64,000 nt of DNA, from contig NC_068981.1 in the NCBI RefSeq assembly GCF_001194135.2, positions 106,218,545-106,282,544 of the forward strand, in the 5' to 3' direction. Source of the DNA: Octopus bimaculoides (lineage: Eukaryota). The translations under genes and the position numbers were made by a program. The notes beneath the pieces were generated by a model, which was not told the origin of the DNA, did no database searches, and saw only the letters and a program-made list of their open reading frames with translations. How positions within the stretch are numbered: position 1 is the stretch's first letter; the number at the start of each line of letters is the position of its first letter. Below are positions 1 through 12,074 of the stretch, in pieces.

Positions 1-1586
1 ATAACGTATCTAGCAGTGCTAGTCTTTAGTTTAAACCAATTTATCCTCCTTATACTGCAGATATGTACTTAATTAGTTTCTCATTTAACTGGTTGGTTAT
101 CAAGTGCAATTTAGTATAGTCAAGAATTTTTTTGCCTTAATTTTGCACTGCTGGTTGTTTTCATATTTTTGGCCTGAGTGATAGGTAACTAATTGGCTAG
201 ATGCTTTGCTGTCTCCATGCAAAGTATTCAGCTTGAATTTTCTTGACACAAAAGCTTCACTGTTTAACTCTTATGGTATTTACAAGGTAGCTTGAATAAA
301 AGTTTGATATTTGGAAGGTAAAAAGTAAATTGACTTTGAAAATAATTTTCGGTATTTTTAAGTGAGTTGAACCCTCAGATTTTTGGAGTTTTGAGTTATA
401 TACTGTTGAATATCTTAATTCTTTTTGATAAAAGGAATATATAATTGATGAAAGCACGAGTCTTTGGAACAGTAGTCTAAGAACATTCATTTAGATTAGT
501 GTTGGGTTGGTTATCAAATATGAAAAGTGATGTACCAAATAAATAAAGGGGGGGGGGTGCAATGGAGTTAACCATTTCATCAATATGTTTCACTTATCTT
601 CTGAAGTTGCTATTTTGTAAAACAGCTGTCACTGGCAGAATCTCTTTCATTGGGCTGATATAAAAGTACCTGTTAAGTACTGCCATAAGTTACATTCACT
701 TCACTTCAGGAACATTGAATCAAGAGCATGTAACTAAAAAAAAAAGTTAAATATTGTACAGCATGTTCACTATAGGAAAAACATTAATACAACAATGGAA
801 TTGCTATATCACTTTCATAGAGAGTATGGCAAAATTTCGCTAATTAATGGGGTAGGGTATCCCAAAATGGAAATTTTTGCTTAGGTTGGTTTTAACTAAC
901 ATGTATTTAAATTTGTCAATAATATTCTTACTGTTTGCAACAAAGTAACATTTATGTAGCTTGATGATGAGCTATTGGCAACATAAACATGTTAATTTGT
1001 TTTACAAACACATACACTTTGATGTCCTAAAAATGTGTATTCTGCTATTTGCATTTCAATCTGACAAGCCTGGATAAAATAGATAAAAAGAACTAGTTTT
1101 AGGTAACTGAAAGACTAATGGAGGTTAATTTTTAAAGAAAGAAGAATTTTGTAATACATGGTGTCAGGAGGGTATCTAGCTATAATTAATAGCTGCAGTA
1201 GTAAATTTATATATATCTACATGTTACATACCATACATTTCATTTGGCACATTTTTCTTGCTCATGAATTTACAGGCAGCTGGGTCATATCTCAGCTCTC
1301 TCACTTTTATAAGAAGTACATGGGATTTGAAAATAATTTCGTAACTCATTTTGTAGATGTGATTTATCCTCAAAACATTTTTTAAATATGACTTGAAGGA
1401 AATTGACTATGGATAATTTAGGGTTAACCCATTAGCATTTAAACTGACAGTATTCGGTCCAAATATACCTGTTTTATGTGCAGACTGGCCATATTCAGCC
1501 TCTCAAACCAAAAACGGTAACGCATGATTAATGCAAAATACTATGAATAGGAAATTAACGTAAGGGAAATAACTCTAAAATTTAAA

Positions 1587-1820
1587 TCTAATATATTAAT
1601 CCAGTTGTCTGTCTGTCTGTGCGCTTATAATTCGAGAATTGTTCATCCAATCGCGCTGAAATTTTAAACATGTATACATGAGAGAGTGGGGCATTTCATA
1701 ATCTAAAAAGATTTCCAAAATTTTCAGTTTCAAAGTGAGAATCGCTATTTTTGTAATCTTTTTGTCCTATTTCTTCCACCATGCTGTTCCTTAAAAGCAA
1801 CAAGTTGCTCAGACAGCTAG
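1587..1820 (+). mobile_element. Short non-autonomous Helitron-like element
   Basis: Starts A|TCTAATATAT. Ends with hairpin AGCAAC-AA-GTTGCT, 7 nt, then CTAG|T. Inserted between A and T with no TSD, matching canonical Helitron termini. Confidence 0.7.
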
Positions 1821-2043
1821 TACATACCATTTCGCTTGCAACAAGGGGAGTACAGGATGACAGTCAGCCAAAACCGTAGCTATGCTGTCTCTTCTTTTTT
1901 CCTCTCTATATACAGAGGGCTCAATGCGCTTATCTAACTTGAAGCAACAGTTGTCAAATGCAAAATGTCAAAGAACTATTAACAATTTGGCTGTTATTTC
2001 TACCAGGTCTGGCTACCATGTAGAGGTCTCCCTCATCGGCTCA

Positions 2044-2225
2044 TCTAATATATAAATCCTGTTTCGGTATGTCTGTTATTGGTGTGCTTATAACTCTAGT
2101 ATTGTTCATCTAACCGTGCTGAAATTTTAAACATGGAGACATGAGAGAGTGGGGCGTTCCTTAATCTAAAAAGATATTCAAAATTGTCAGTTTCTAAGTG
2201 AGAGTCGCTATTTTTGTAATCCTTA
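2044..2225 (+). mobile_element. Second, 3'-truncated copy of the same Helitron-like family
   Basis: A|TCTAATATATAAATCC start and about 170 bp clearly alignable to 1587-1760 (gctgaaattttaaacat...gagagagtgggg...aatctaaaaaga...gctatttttgtaatc). Confidence 0.65.
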
Positions 2226-5200
2226 TAGCCTGTCCATCAGATGATTAAAACTTCCATAGGAACCGTATTTTACAATTAGTGACAATTACCCTTGATAAAA
2301 GTGACTGAAATTAAAAGTTGTAACCTGCTAAGAAAAACAGGACAATGTTGTCATCATTTGGTAAAAAGATTTAGAAGAAATCCTAATATTGAGGGGTTTG
2401 AAAACGTTAAAGTTTGTCGATAGTAATGAATAATTTTCTTGAAGCTGATAAACAATTTGGCAGTGGGGTTTTTGATTCGAATGGTTTTAGGTAGGATTAT
2501 AAAAATTTTACTGGCTCTAATTTGGGAAGGCATAATGGTTTTGAGGGAGATAACTCTTCAGTTGTTAGTAGTTATAGGATGTTGATCTTTAAGAGAGTAT
2601 TGATCTGTTTGAGTCATTTTTTTCCTATTTTCTCTTTGTCAAATGATAACTGCAAATATTTGTTTCTTTAGATGTACTGCAGGTGACTACAGGTAATTAA
2701 ACTTTCTTCTATTAAGTGGTTTTGAGCTCATTGTCATTATGCAGCACTTGCAGTGTCTTAGTAGATTCAGGTTGACTGCTTTGTGAATAGGATTAGGTAG
2801 TATATGTGCATCTTCATGTTCTCCCTTAACTTAAACTGTGTGACAAAAGTATGCTGGTCCAATGTCAGGCCTACCAGTTTTCTTGGTTTACACAGCTCTT
2901 ATATATTATAGTGCTCAATGAATTTTCCATTATTATCCATTGTTAATTGTCTCCTTAGTTATATACTGACTCCATGTACTTCTGACATATTTTCAATAGC
3001 AAAGTGTGTAACAAAAAGTTTCGTTTTGAGTATATCCCCTAAAACTCAATTTTCATGAAAATTTTGATCAAAGGGGTCTTTTGGGAATGGGAGATATGAA
3101 ATCCTGTTTCACTGCACACCTTCATTCACTCTTGGTCATGAAACTAAATATTAAAAGATTGCAACCAATTATGAAACAATTTGATTACTATTCATCAGGT
3201 ATGAGCAATATAATAGACTCATTGATGAGACAGATTAGTCTCAAATAAGGTTCATTGCTCGTGATCATTCCCAGTTCTCCTAGTGAGAATGTTAGATATA
3301 CCTAATTTTCTCAAAGATATAGAATGTGGCATCAGTCATGCACACATTGATATTAAAAGTATTTCATCATTGATCTTTACTTTAGCTAATCAAAGGCTAT
3401 GTATTTTCTGGTTGTGAACTTAGAAATGTTATCACATTAAGGAGTGTTTTTAGTGTCACTGTCCATGGAAACAGTGCAGAGTTGACATGAAGTGTCTAGG
3501 CTAAATGTGGATAATATTTGCCAGGAATTGCGGTATCATGTACATAAGAATGATCATTATTTGGAAAAATTGCAAGAATTCTGAAAGTACTAATATATGT
3601 TGCATAATTGTGAGCAGTTCATATACAGTAGCTGGGTGTTATCCTTGGAAACAGTGCATTGTGCAATCTGTTGGGAAGCATCCAATCAGATGAAAAATAG
3701 AAGACTGTTTTCACTTGTACAAACGACAACATTGTAATGACTGTAGGGCAGAGATATAGCAAGGCATAGTGGAAAAAGGACTAAGGCGATTCGTAACATT
3801 TCATGAACCTTGATGCACAAAGGTTGCATTTCTTTGAATGTCTGCAAACATTGATACTGATAGCTTAAACATTAACAAATTAACATGCATCAAGAATCAT
3901 TTCACAGTTTTGCTTAGGGTGTTATTGTATTTTATGTACCAAGGTTTCTTAAGAACTAATGTAAATGTTATGTAATTAAATGAAAGTTCATTCAAAATAT
4001 GGTCAGCTGCTCTGAAACCTAGATTAACCATATACATTGGTGCAATCAGGATACTCTGGTTCTGCAAATTCAAGTCTGTCAGTGGAACAGGTAGACTTGT
4101 TTCTTATGGAAACCACCTATTCTTTAAGAACCTTGTGCAATTTCTCTGCTAGAAATAGCTGTTAAATTTTTAAATGACTTCTTTCATGAATAAGATATAA
4201 TTGTGTGATGTCTAGAGGATAGGCATGGCTGTAGTGCTTGATGAGAGCTGATATGGGGTGGGGTTTAAAATTAATTGTATGCAGTCACATGGCTGAAGTG
4301 GGACAGGGTCATACATTGTTTGAAATTAACAATATTTCATTCAGTCAATCCAATTGCCCATCACTTTATTTCGGTCTTTTAAGCATTTGCCTGTTTACAT
4401 ACAACTTCAAAGGAACAATGCTTCCAATGTGTGACAAAGGAAACTATGTAACTCTACTTAACATTACTCCTTGAAGTGAAAATTGGGACACTTGTGTGTG
4501 TTTTATTTTCCTTCAGTTTTATAACAAAACAGGCTAATGGAGTTTTTGGTTAACACTGACAAAATTGTAAATCTACAGTGATCTGGGAGTATAACTTTGA
4601 GTCTATTGTGATTGAAAACATCTGTTACATGAAGGTATGGTTGTTGGCAGAAAGTTGTGGTTTAGGAGATTTTAAATATGACCTAACCTTTGTAATGTCT
4701 GTGTTCTGTGAATAAAAACAACTAAATTTAACAGCAGTCAACTATCTGCTATGTATTTAATGACCAGATTAAAAAGTTTTTTGTTTAACTCTTTTTGACT
4801 CCAAACTACCATTGGCTCTGTGAAACATGAAATCCTGATGACTACAAAACAACTTATTCCAAACACCAGACAAATTAGTTTACTAAATTCTTCCATATTT
4901 TCAAAATTATTTCTTGCATACATGTGTATATATTACATGCATTAAACATATACTTATACTGAAAGGATAAAAAAAGAATAGCACTCGTCTTCAATAAAGT
5001 GCATTACATTAAATAATGTAGTCCTTGATACACAAAAAGGCAGAATACTAATGTAATCAATGCAAAACAGCAATGTTTAGATGTGTATAAAAGTTTCCAT
5101 AAATACATATTCCTCCTTTGCTATAAACTAGCCCGAACACTTGGTTAGCAACTGGTTTTTGTGTACATATATATGCCTAATTTATAACTAATTATTGAGG

Positions 5201-5559
5201 CAGCACTAATGTTTAGAAAGTGGGTTTCACGAAATCAGAAAGACTGAAGCTCAAGTGTTCCAGGGAAGTAATATGAAAAGCAATACAGAACTTTATGCCT
5301 GTGGTGTATAGATTAGAAACCTGCATATGTAAACAAATTACTCTGACCTGCATCTATGCATGTAACATGATTACTTAGCTGATGTCTGAATTCTTGTGTA
5401 AAGTCTTTGCTCTACATTAAAAACTAGTGGTGAGAAAGTTTAGAAATAAAAACAGGGAAACAAATGAATTGTTGTAATGGAATTCTAATAACCAGCTGCT
5501 ACAGTTAACATTTTGTAGTGTTATGGTGTGTACGTTTATGACAGCATCGATCCAGGATA

Positions 5560-5790
5560 TTCATCCTTCTCCACTTTCAGTACATCTTTTCTCATAGGAG
5601 TGGATGTGACTGGCAAGATTAATATACAGATCTTGTAACAATAACATTCACAGTGGGTTGGTTACATCTTATATAGTCTCTTGTGTTGAGTTTCAAAGTG
5701 CTCTCCACTCCAGCATCATACATGGACTTCCATGCCTTCTGATCAACAACCAGTTGAGTGGGACACTGCATAACATGCGAAAAACTTAAT
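5560..5790 (-). mobile_element. RTE LINE ORF2 C-terminal fragment
   Basis: Minus-strand translation QLVVDQKAWKSMYDAGVES...SHIHSYEKRC resembles the RTE C-terminus (DRxxW...SHxxxC). Confidence 0.5.
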
Positions 5791-5814
5791 TTCTGTACTC
5801 AGCCCATCCTTAGT

Positions 5815-6015
5815 GATGGTGCTCCTCTACCTTAGGTGTATTTGTTCTGCTATTTTGGAAGTATCTCTTGAGGCCTGCATCCTTTGTTACCTTCTCTGCT
5901 GGGTTGGTCATGCGATTCAGATGCTAGGTAACTGGCTCCCAAAGATGGTTCTCTTTAGTGAGACCCAGACCAGAGGTAGGCCTCATGGACACTCAAAATT
6001 TTTTCATGATCATCT
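5815..6015 (+). mobile_element. RTE LINE ORF2 fragment, opposite orientation to the adjacent piece
   Basis: ORF 5813-6040: SLEACIL..LLCWVGHAIQMLGNWLPKMVLFSETQTRGRPHG matches RTE LRWxGHVxRM..RLPK...RxxGRP. Confidence 0.65.
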
Positions 6016-7519
6016 CTGGCTGTCTCTATATTTTATCTAAGGTATAAAATACAGGCATGTATACTTCTCACTTTGGATTGAGGATAATAAATATTTTGTG
6101 TACCTTTGTATTCCAAGCACATAGATAACTGCCTGCTCTTTAGTGGCCCAACAAAGTCTAGGACTGATTCTCAACTTTCTACAATACACAAGAGTCCACC
6201 CAAGTTAAATAGGAATCTAAGGAGTCCGTAGGTGAAAATGGTTGGGAACCACTGGTCTAGGATGTGAAAGATGGAAGGAGAGGGTTCCACCAGTACTCAG
6301 CAGAATAGTGAAGAACAAAAATGAATGACCTAGTTTAAAGATTGAATGGGCACATGAAATATGTAAAAACGAGTGAATAGAAATAACTTGTGCTAGTGGC
6401 ATGAAGCTCAAAGATAAATATGAGAAATTGGTATGCTCCCAGTGAAGTTAAGACTTTAGTGGCTATTGAAATTAGTTCCAAATTTGACAGGAATTTAAAA
6501 TTTTCAAGAATAGTCTGGATTGAACAAGAGATGCATTTTTGCTTTAATAGATATCAGCAAAGCAGTTGTCCTACCTTGGACTTGGTATACAAAAGGATTT
6601 AGATTTATACAGAATTATTGGGGAAAGTATGGTATGGAGTAATCTTACATAAAATAAGTATCTGCATGAGTTAAACATGCACACTCACAAGATGGCATTG
6701 CCATGAGTTCAAATCATTGAGGAAAAGTGTATTCATTAAGAAATGGTTAGGTCTACCTTATATTAACAGTTCAGTTCTATCACACAAGGGGCTCATTGAT
6801 CGCAATTACTACTGAGGTCAGTAGTTGAAATTTAGGAAAGGTACAAGTGTTGATGCCAAGAGACGAGTTGTAATCCAGCAGATGTAAAATCAGGAAGAGA
6901 GAGGCAGAAAGTTATGACGTCACTGAAGCTGTGGAAGATATGCAAACTATTCAGTTTTGCTCTGATCCTTTCAGACCATTTTGAAGTGTGATGCAGATTT
7001 GTTAGTAACAGTATCAAGGTAAGGGAAACAGATTCATTTGATTGTGCTCTCAACAAAGACAAGATAGGAAGAGTGCATAATTGAAAAATAAATTGGAATG
7101 AAATATTGAAGTGGAATAGTTCTTGATTTGTTCATTCCATCTCCTACAAATCTGGTGGGATAAAAAGATTTTGAAGGTGATTTAAATGCTGACGAAACAT
7201 TCTCTCTACCTGTTCACTGGTGTTATATGCTTGGAAGCAAAGACAATAGTCTGTTTCCAAGCATACATCTTGAGAAATGTAAAGGTGCAGGTTAGAAAGA
7301 GCATTAATTGAAACTTGGATGTAGAGGATTCAAGGCAAGCCACTAGAGTTGGTTGTAAAAATATATATGACTGGGTTTCTTTCAATTTCTGCCTAGTAAA
7401 TTCACAAGGCTTTAGTGTGCAAGGTTATAATGCAGTGTGACGACCTGAAACCAGCTCAGCTACACAATCACAACTAATGTATATACATGCAGAGAGAGTT
7501 TTGTAATATTGATCTGTTT

Positions 7520-7890
7520 CACAGAGTAGACCTAGGTGAGATGCAGTTTTTTTTTTCTACTGGAAGAGGCACCACAGATGCAATCTTCCTAGGTAGATGA
7601 ATGGCTATACACCATAGTAGTGAAATAGGCTTTGAATGCAAAGATTGGGAAGGAATGAAAGTATGCTCTGTTGAATTTGCAACATCTGTGTGCATGACTG
7701 ACAAAGTACAATTGTGTTGGGCATAGTGTGCAGAAGAGGACTGTTAGTTTGTACGTGATGTGCATGAGTAAAGACAGCTGTATACAGAAGTGCCTGTGGA
7801 AGAAGAAGACAGGATGAAATGGGTGTTGCAGCTCGTAGAAGAAATGATGGACTGAGATGTCTGGCAATATGAGATTCTAGAGAAGACTTG
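7520..7890 (+). mobile_element. Highly deleted RTE LINE RT fragment
   Basis: VDLGEMQF...GRGTTDAIF motif, followed by degenerate C-terminal-like sequence. Confidence 0.5.
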
Positions 7891-8671
7891 CTCATGTCAG
7901 CAAAGCTGATTACTAGAAGCATTGTGTCACAGCATGTAACAAACTTTTCACACACCCTACTCCAAGAAACAACTACATCTCTTCTAAGCTGCATCTTTCT
8001 CTTTGTACACCATGATTGTCTCTCACTATCGCTGCTTTCCCCCTGCCCCATCTTTATACCTAGTTTTCACCAGTCACTGCAATCCCCACCCCCTATTCAT
8101 GCCTTCTTGGCAATACTGGACTGTATATTATGACTGCCATACCTTGAGGGTGTACCCTAGCAATTGTCACCAATTATCTCTCTTACTCTACCATCTCATC
8201 TATGCTCTGATCCTTGTTACTTGTTAGATTACCTGGCATTTCACCACCTGCTCTTCTCTCTGGCTTGGTAGCTGAATCTCCTCTACAGCAGCATATCTAC
8301 CCTCATTCTTGATCACACTCTCAGCATTTCTTGCTTTTCTCTCTGGCTAGGCAACCAAGTATCTCCTTTACATCAGCACACCTGTTTCTGTCCTCTTGTA
8401 CCTATTCCTCTCACTTTTTCCTTGAACAGGTGAATATAGATTAAAATAAATAATGAAAAAGCAAAACATTTGGCATCACTTGAACAACACATTTAATTTA
8501 GATAGAGAAATATAGTCTCTTATAGCTGTTGATCATTATATTGAGTAAAGATTCCATAATCCAAGTACTCCATCATCAGAGAGATGTAAAAATGAAGAAA
8601 TATTCCCAGTCAAGGATATTCATGCATTCCAGTTTGTCAAAAATGAAGGAAGTAATAGTAATAATAGCACC

Positions 8672-8798
8672 AATAATAAACCTTTCTACTATAGGCATGG
8701 GGCTTGAAATTTTAGGAGAGGAGATTTGATTACATCAACTCCAGTGCATAACTGGTACTTATTGACCCCCAAAAGGATGAAAGGCAATGTTGACCTTG
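8672..8798 (-). mobile_element. tRNA-derived SINE family D, 3' part
   Basis: cctttctactatagg tail plus gaccccnaaaggatgaaaggcaa core shared with many copies in the window. Confidence 0.75.
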
Positions 8799-8804
8799 GT
8801 GTTA

Positions 8805-9017
8805 TAATAATCCCTTCTACTAAAGCACAAGGCCTGAAATTTGAGGGGAGGAGACTAGTTGATGACAACCCCTGTGTTTCACTGGTGCTTAATTTATCGA
8901 CCCTGAAAGAATGAAAGGCAAAGTTGACCTCGGAATTTGAACTCAGAATGTTGCAATGGGTGAAATGTTGCTAAACATTGTGCCCAGCATGCAAACAATT
9001 CTGCCAGCTTGCCACCC
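8805..9017 (-). mobile_element. tRNA-derived SINE family D, near full length
   Basis: Head (reverse complement ggcaagctggcagaa...tctgagttcaaatt), core and aataat tail; lies in tandem with the previous copy. Confidence 0.8.
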
Positions 9018-9019
9018 AG

Positions 9020-9670
9020 ATCATGAGCAGAGGTAGTGGGGAAGCATCAAGTATGTCTCTTAGTAGCTGATGATATGTGCATCTCTGATCATGAGCAAAA
9101 GTAGTGTGGGAACATCAATGCCCTGATGCAGTATGAGGTAGTGATTCGCATGACTTTTGATCTTAACTGATTGAAAGTATTATCATGTACATTGTTTTGT
9201 CTTAGTATAAAAGATGGCCCACAGCAAATATTCTGCTCAATACCACAGATTTGCTTGTCAATTACTTGACCTTAACCAGTTGAGTATGTCACTTAGTGGC
9301 TGACAATATGTGCATCTTTGATCATAAGCAGAACAGTGAAAGAGCATCATAACCATGTGTTGAAATGAATTCTTTGGGGTTTGAATAATTCACCTCTGGA
9401 AACATGGGTGTTTTGTTCATCATCCTTAAACTTTATTCAGGGACCTTTTAAATGAGATGGGCTACTCAACCTGAAGAAAATTCTAACTGGGCCCCACCTG
9501 TAAGGATATGCGCTGTTTATCTTTATATGAGATCACCATGTCATGCACATATGGTTGTGATGCATGTGCCTGGTGTACTCTTATCAGACATGTAATTATG
9601 ATGGGTACATTGGGCTTTGTATATTTGTACCCCAGTGTCACTTTGATGGCATGCACTGCTCTCTCAGTAA
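9020..9670 (+). repeat. Interspersed repeat family E ending in an (AAT)-like tail
   Basis: About 450 bp alignable by eye, in reverse orientation, to 56770-57215. Contains an internal duplication (gctgatgatatgtgcatc at 9067 and gctgacaatatgtgcatc at 9299). Confidence 0.75.
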
Positions 9671-10124
9671 TAGCGATAATAATAGCAACAACATCAATAG
9701 TATGAGTTATGATAATAGGGTTTCTACCACAAACCATGACAATAATGCTGCACTTAGTCTCTCCCTCCCATACATATATATCTATCTATATATATACAGT
9801 TCTTTGTTCCCTATGCATTCTCAAACTGCTCCACCAAACCAAATCAAATTTTACAAGGTAATAGTATTATACCCTGCAAGTATCACATTGTAATTTTTAT
9901 TTGGATTGAGTTTTCTCGAATATAATCTTTCCCTAGTCAACTTTAGTATTGGACATTTTATACCATGATGAGGATGTCAGATTTTGTACATGTTTGTGTA
10001 TGTGTCTGAGTGTGTGTGTGTGTTTGCACGTTGATTACGTATGAGATACTAAAGGACATTTTATACCACGTTGATGACACCTCTATCATTCTCTCTTCTT
10101 TCTGTCTAGCATTTACTGTTGTAA

Positions 10125-10365
10125 CAATACTGGTACAAAAGAATTATTACAGCTACTTTCATTGTATACACTCTTCTGTACTGGTGTATTTGTGTATACC
10201 AACACATAAAGTGTTAGAAAGGCTGAAGGGTCAAACAAAAACGCTGTACTGGTGTATTTGCATATCAGTAAAAAACCATGTAACGATTTCTGGTACCAAA
10301 AAAATTATTACAGCTACTTTCATTGTTTACAATCTGCTGTACCTGTGTATTTGTATATCAGTAAA
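10125..10365. repeat. Imperfect tandem repeat, period about 165 bp
   Basis: aattattacagctactttcattgt...ctgtac.ggtgtatttg occurs twice. Confidence 0.6.
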
Positions 10366-10611
10366 TGACCATGCCTAGAAGGAAGGTGTCAAATTACACT
10401 ACAAGCAAAGTACTATATTGAGGCTACAGTTTACAACCTGAGTGAAACCGAGTCCTTCTGCTTGTATATGTAGATATAGTTTGTAGGTTAGAGACAGGTG
10501 TTCTCTATGTAGAATACACTTCAAAGTGCTCAAGAGATTTGAACTTGAGCTGGTAGATGAGTAACCAGCTGTTGGACTCAAACCCTAACTCCCCCCCCCC
10601 NNNNNNNNNNC

Positions 10612-11460
10612 CCCCATTTCATCCTGAAGGACCACAAACCCAACTTCTACTCTAAGCCTTCCATTCACCTTGTCTGTCCCATCAAATCTGACTTAGGTTG
10701 AATTAGTAAATGCATTATTGACCATATTCTACCCCTTTTTAGAACTAACGTTAAGCTCCCACTCTCTTCATGATAAACAAAACACCCATTTCCTTCAGTT
10801 TGACATCTCAAATTATTACTCATCAATATCACCAATTCTCTTAAAACCTTAATCCTCACCTGAAAATATGTTCCCATCTCCCAATTGGATATCAATATCA
10901 TTCTGGCTGTGAGGAAAACTCTGAATCACTTTAAGGATAATAATTGGACCTGCAACTCATCTATGGATTACTTCGATATAATCATGGGCTCATTAAACTC
11001 AGCCCAGGTCGCCTACCTTGTGGACCTATTTCTTCTCTCCGAATGCTTCCCCAACCTATCCAGTGGACTATACAGGGATGACACACTCCTTTCAGCAACT
11101 GGATTATCTCAACTTGGTAGAATGCACCAAGAAAGCCCTATACAAATTCATTAAAACCTACAACCGAGGTATTTCATTCAAAACTGACACTAGGGTGACC
11201 AATTTCTTAGATGTTACTCTCAACTTAAACAGAAATCCATACCACTTTTTCCATAAACTCATCCTATCTTTACAATACATAAATGTCCTCTTTAATCACC
11301 CTAAACTTACTCTTAATAGTATAGTTACAGGCATATCTATCAGAATCTCTAACTTATCCACTAACAAAGAAATTTTTAACACTCATGCCCCTTATAATCA
11401 GCCCTCCAAATAAGTGGCTTCTGCAAAAAAATTTATTATATCCCCAACACTAAGCTTAAA
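10612..11460 (+). mobile_element. Penelope-like element reverse transcriptase fragment (pseudogene)
   Basis: ILKDHKPNF...PIKSDLG, QFDISNYYSSIS, DIIMGSLNSAQVAYLV, GLYRDD, TNFLDVTLNL and NHP...ISIRISNLS motifs, with stops and frameshifts. Confidence 0.85.
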
Positions 11461-11759
11461 ACTAAAATAGCACATCTCTTCTCCAATACTAACCTTGAAT
11501 CTATGGACACTACTTCCACTCTACACCAATCCAACACCTCTGCAAAAAAAGAATAACCTCTACACATCTCACTTGACCACATCACTAGCCAACCCAAGCC
11601 TATAACAACTACAAGTGCCCCCACTCCTGATCAGCCCACTACAACGACACATTCTAAACACTCTAGGCAGGAAGCATAAAATCTTAAGGTTTGTACCACT
11701 CTTCTCTCTCTAAGTTAAATCTTTACCTAAATTCTTCTAAAATTTAATTTTCCACCACT

Positions 11760-12035
11760 GCTATAGCCTTGGGCTGACCAAAGCCTTGTGAGTGGATTTG
11801 GTAAATGGAAGCTGAAAGAAGCCTATCGTATATATATCTATGTGTGTGTTTGTGTTTGTAGCCCCCCTACCACTTGACAACTGGTGCTGGTATTTGCAGC
11901 CCTGTAACTTAGTGGTTCAGCAAAAAAGGCTGATAGAATAAGTACCAGACTTTAAAAAAAGTTCTGGATTCGATTCATTCAACTAAAAAAAATTCAAGAC
12001 TGTGCCCCAGCATGGCTGCAAGTCTAATGACTAAA
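11760..12035 (+). mobile_element. tRNA-derived SINE family B, 5'-truncated
   Basis: ccaaagccttgtgagtggatttggta...gatagaataagtacc...ccagcatggc; matches the fuller copy at 47736-48155. Confidence 0.8.
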
Positions 12036-12074
12036 AAAAAGATATATCCACACACACACACACACACACACATA

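Noticed and set aside
3218-3250. TTGATGA-GAC-agatta-GTC hairpin resembling a hammerhead
   Set aside because: No GAAA at the right position and no stem I or III.
3480-3860. Possible ancient mariner-like coding fossil
   Set aside because: Only vague motif resemblance, no TIRs and many stops.
6830-7025. Exon-like purine-rich segment ending in CAAG|GTAAGG
   Set aside because: All three frames are interrupted by stops.
8521-8660. Minus-strand SDDGVLGLWNL resembling a WD40 repeat end
   Set aside because: Short, flanked by stops, with no splice sites.
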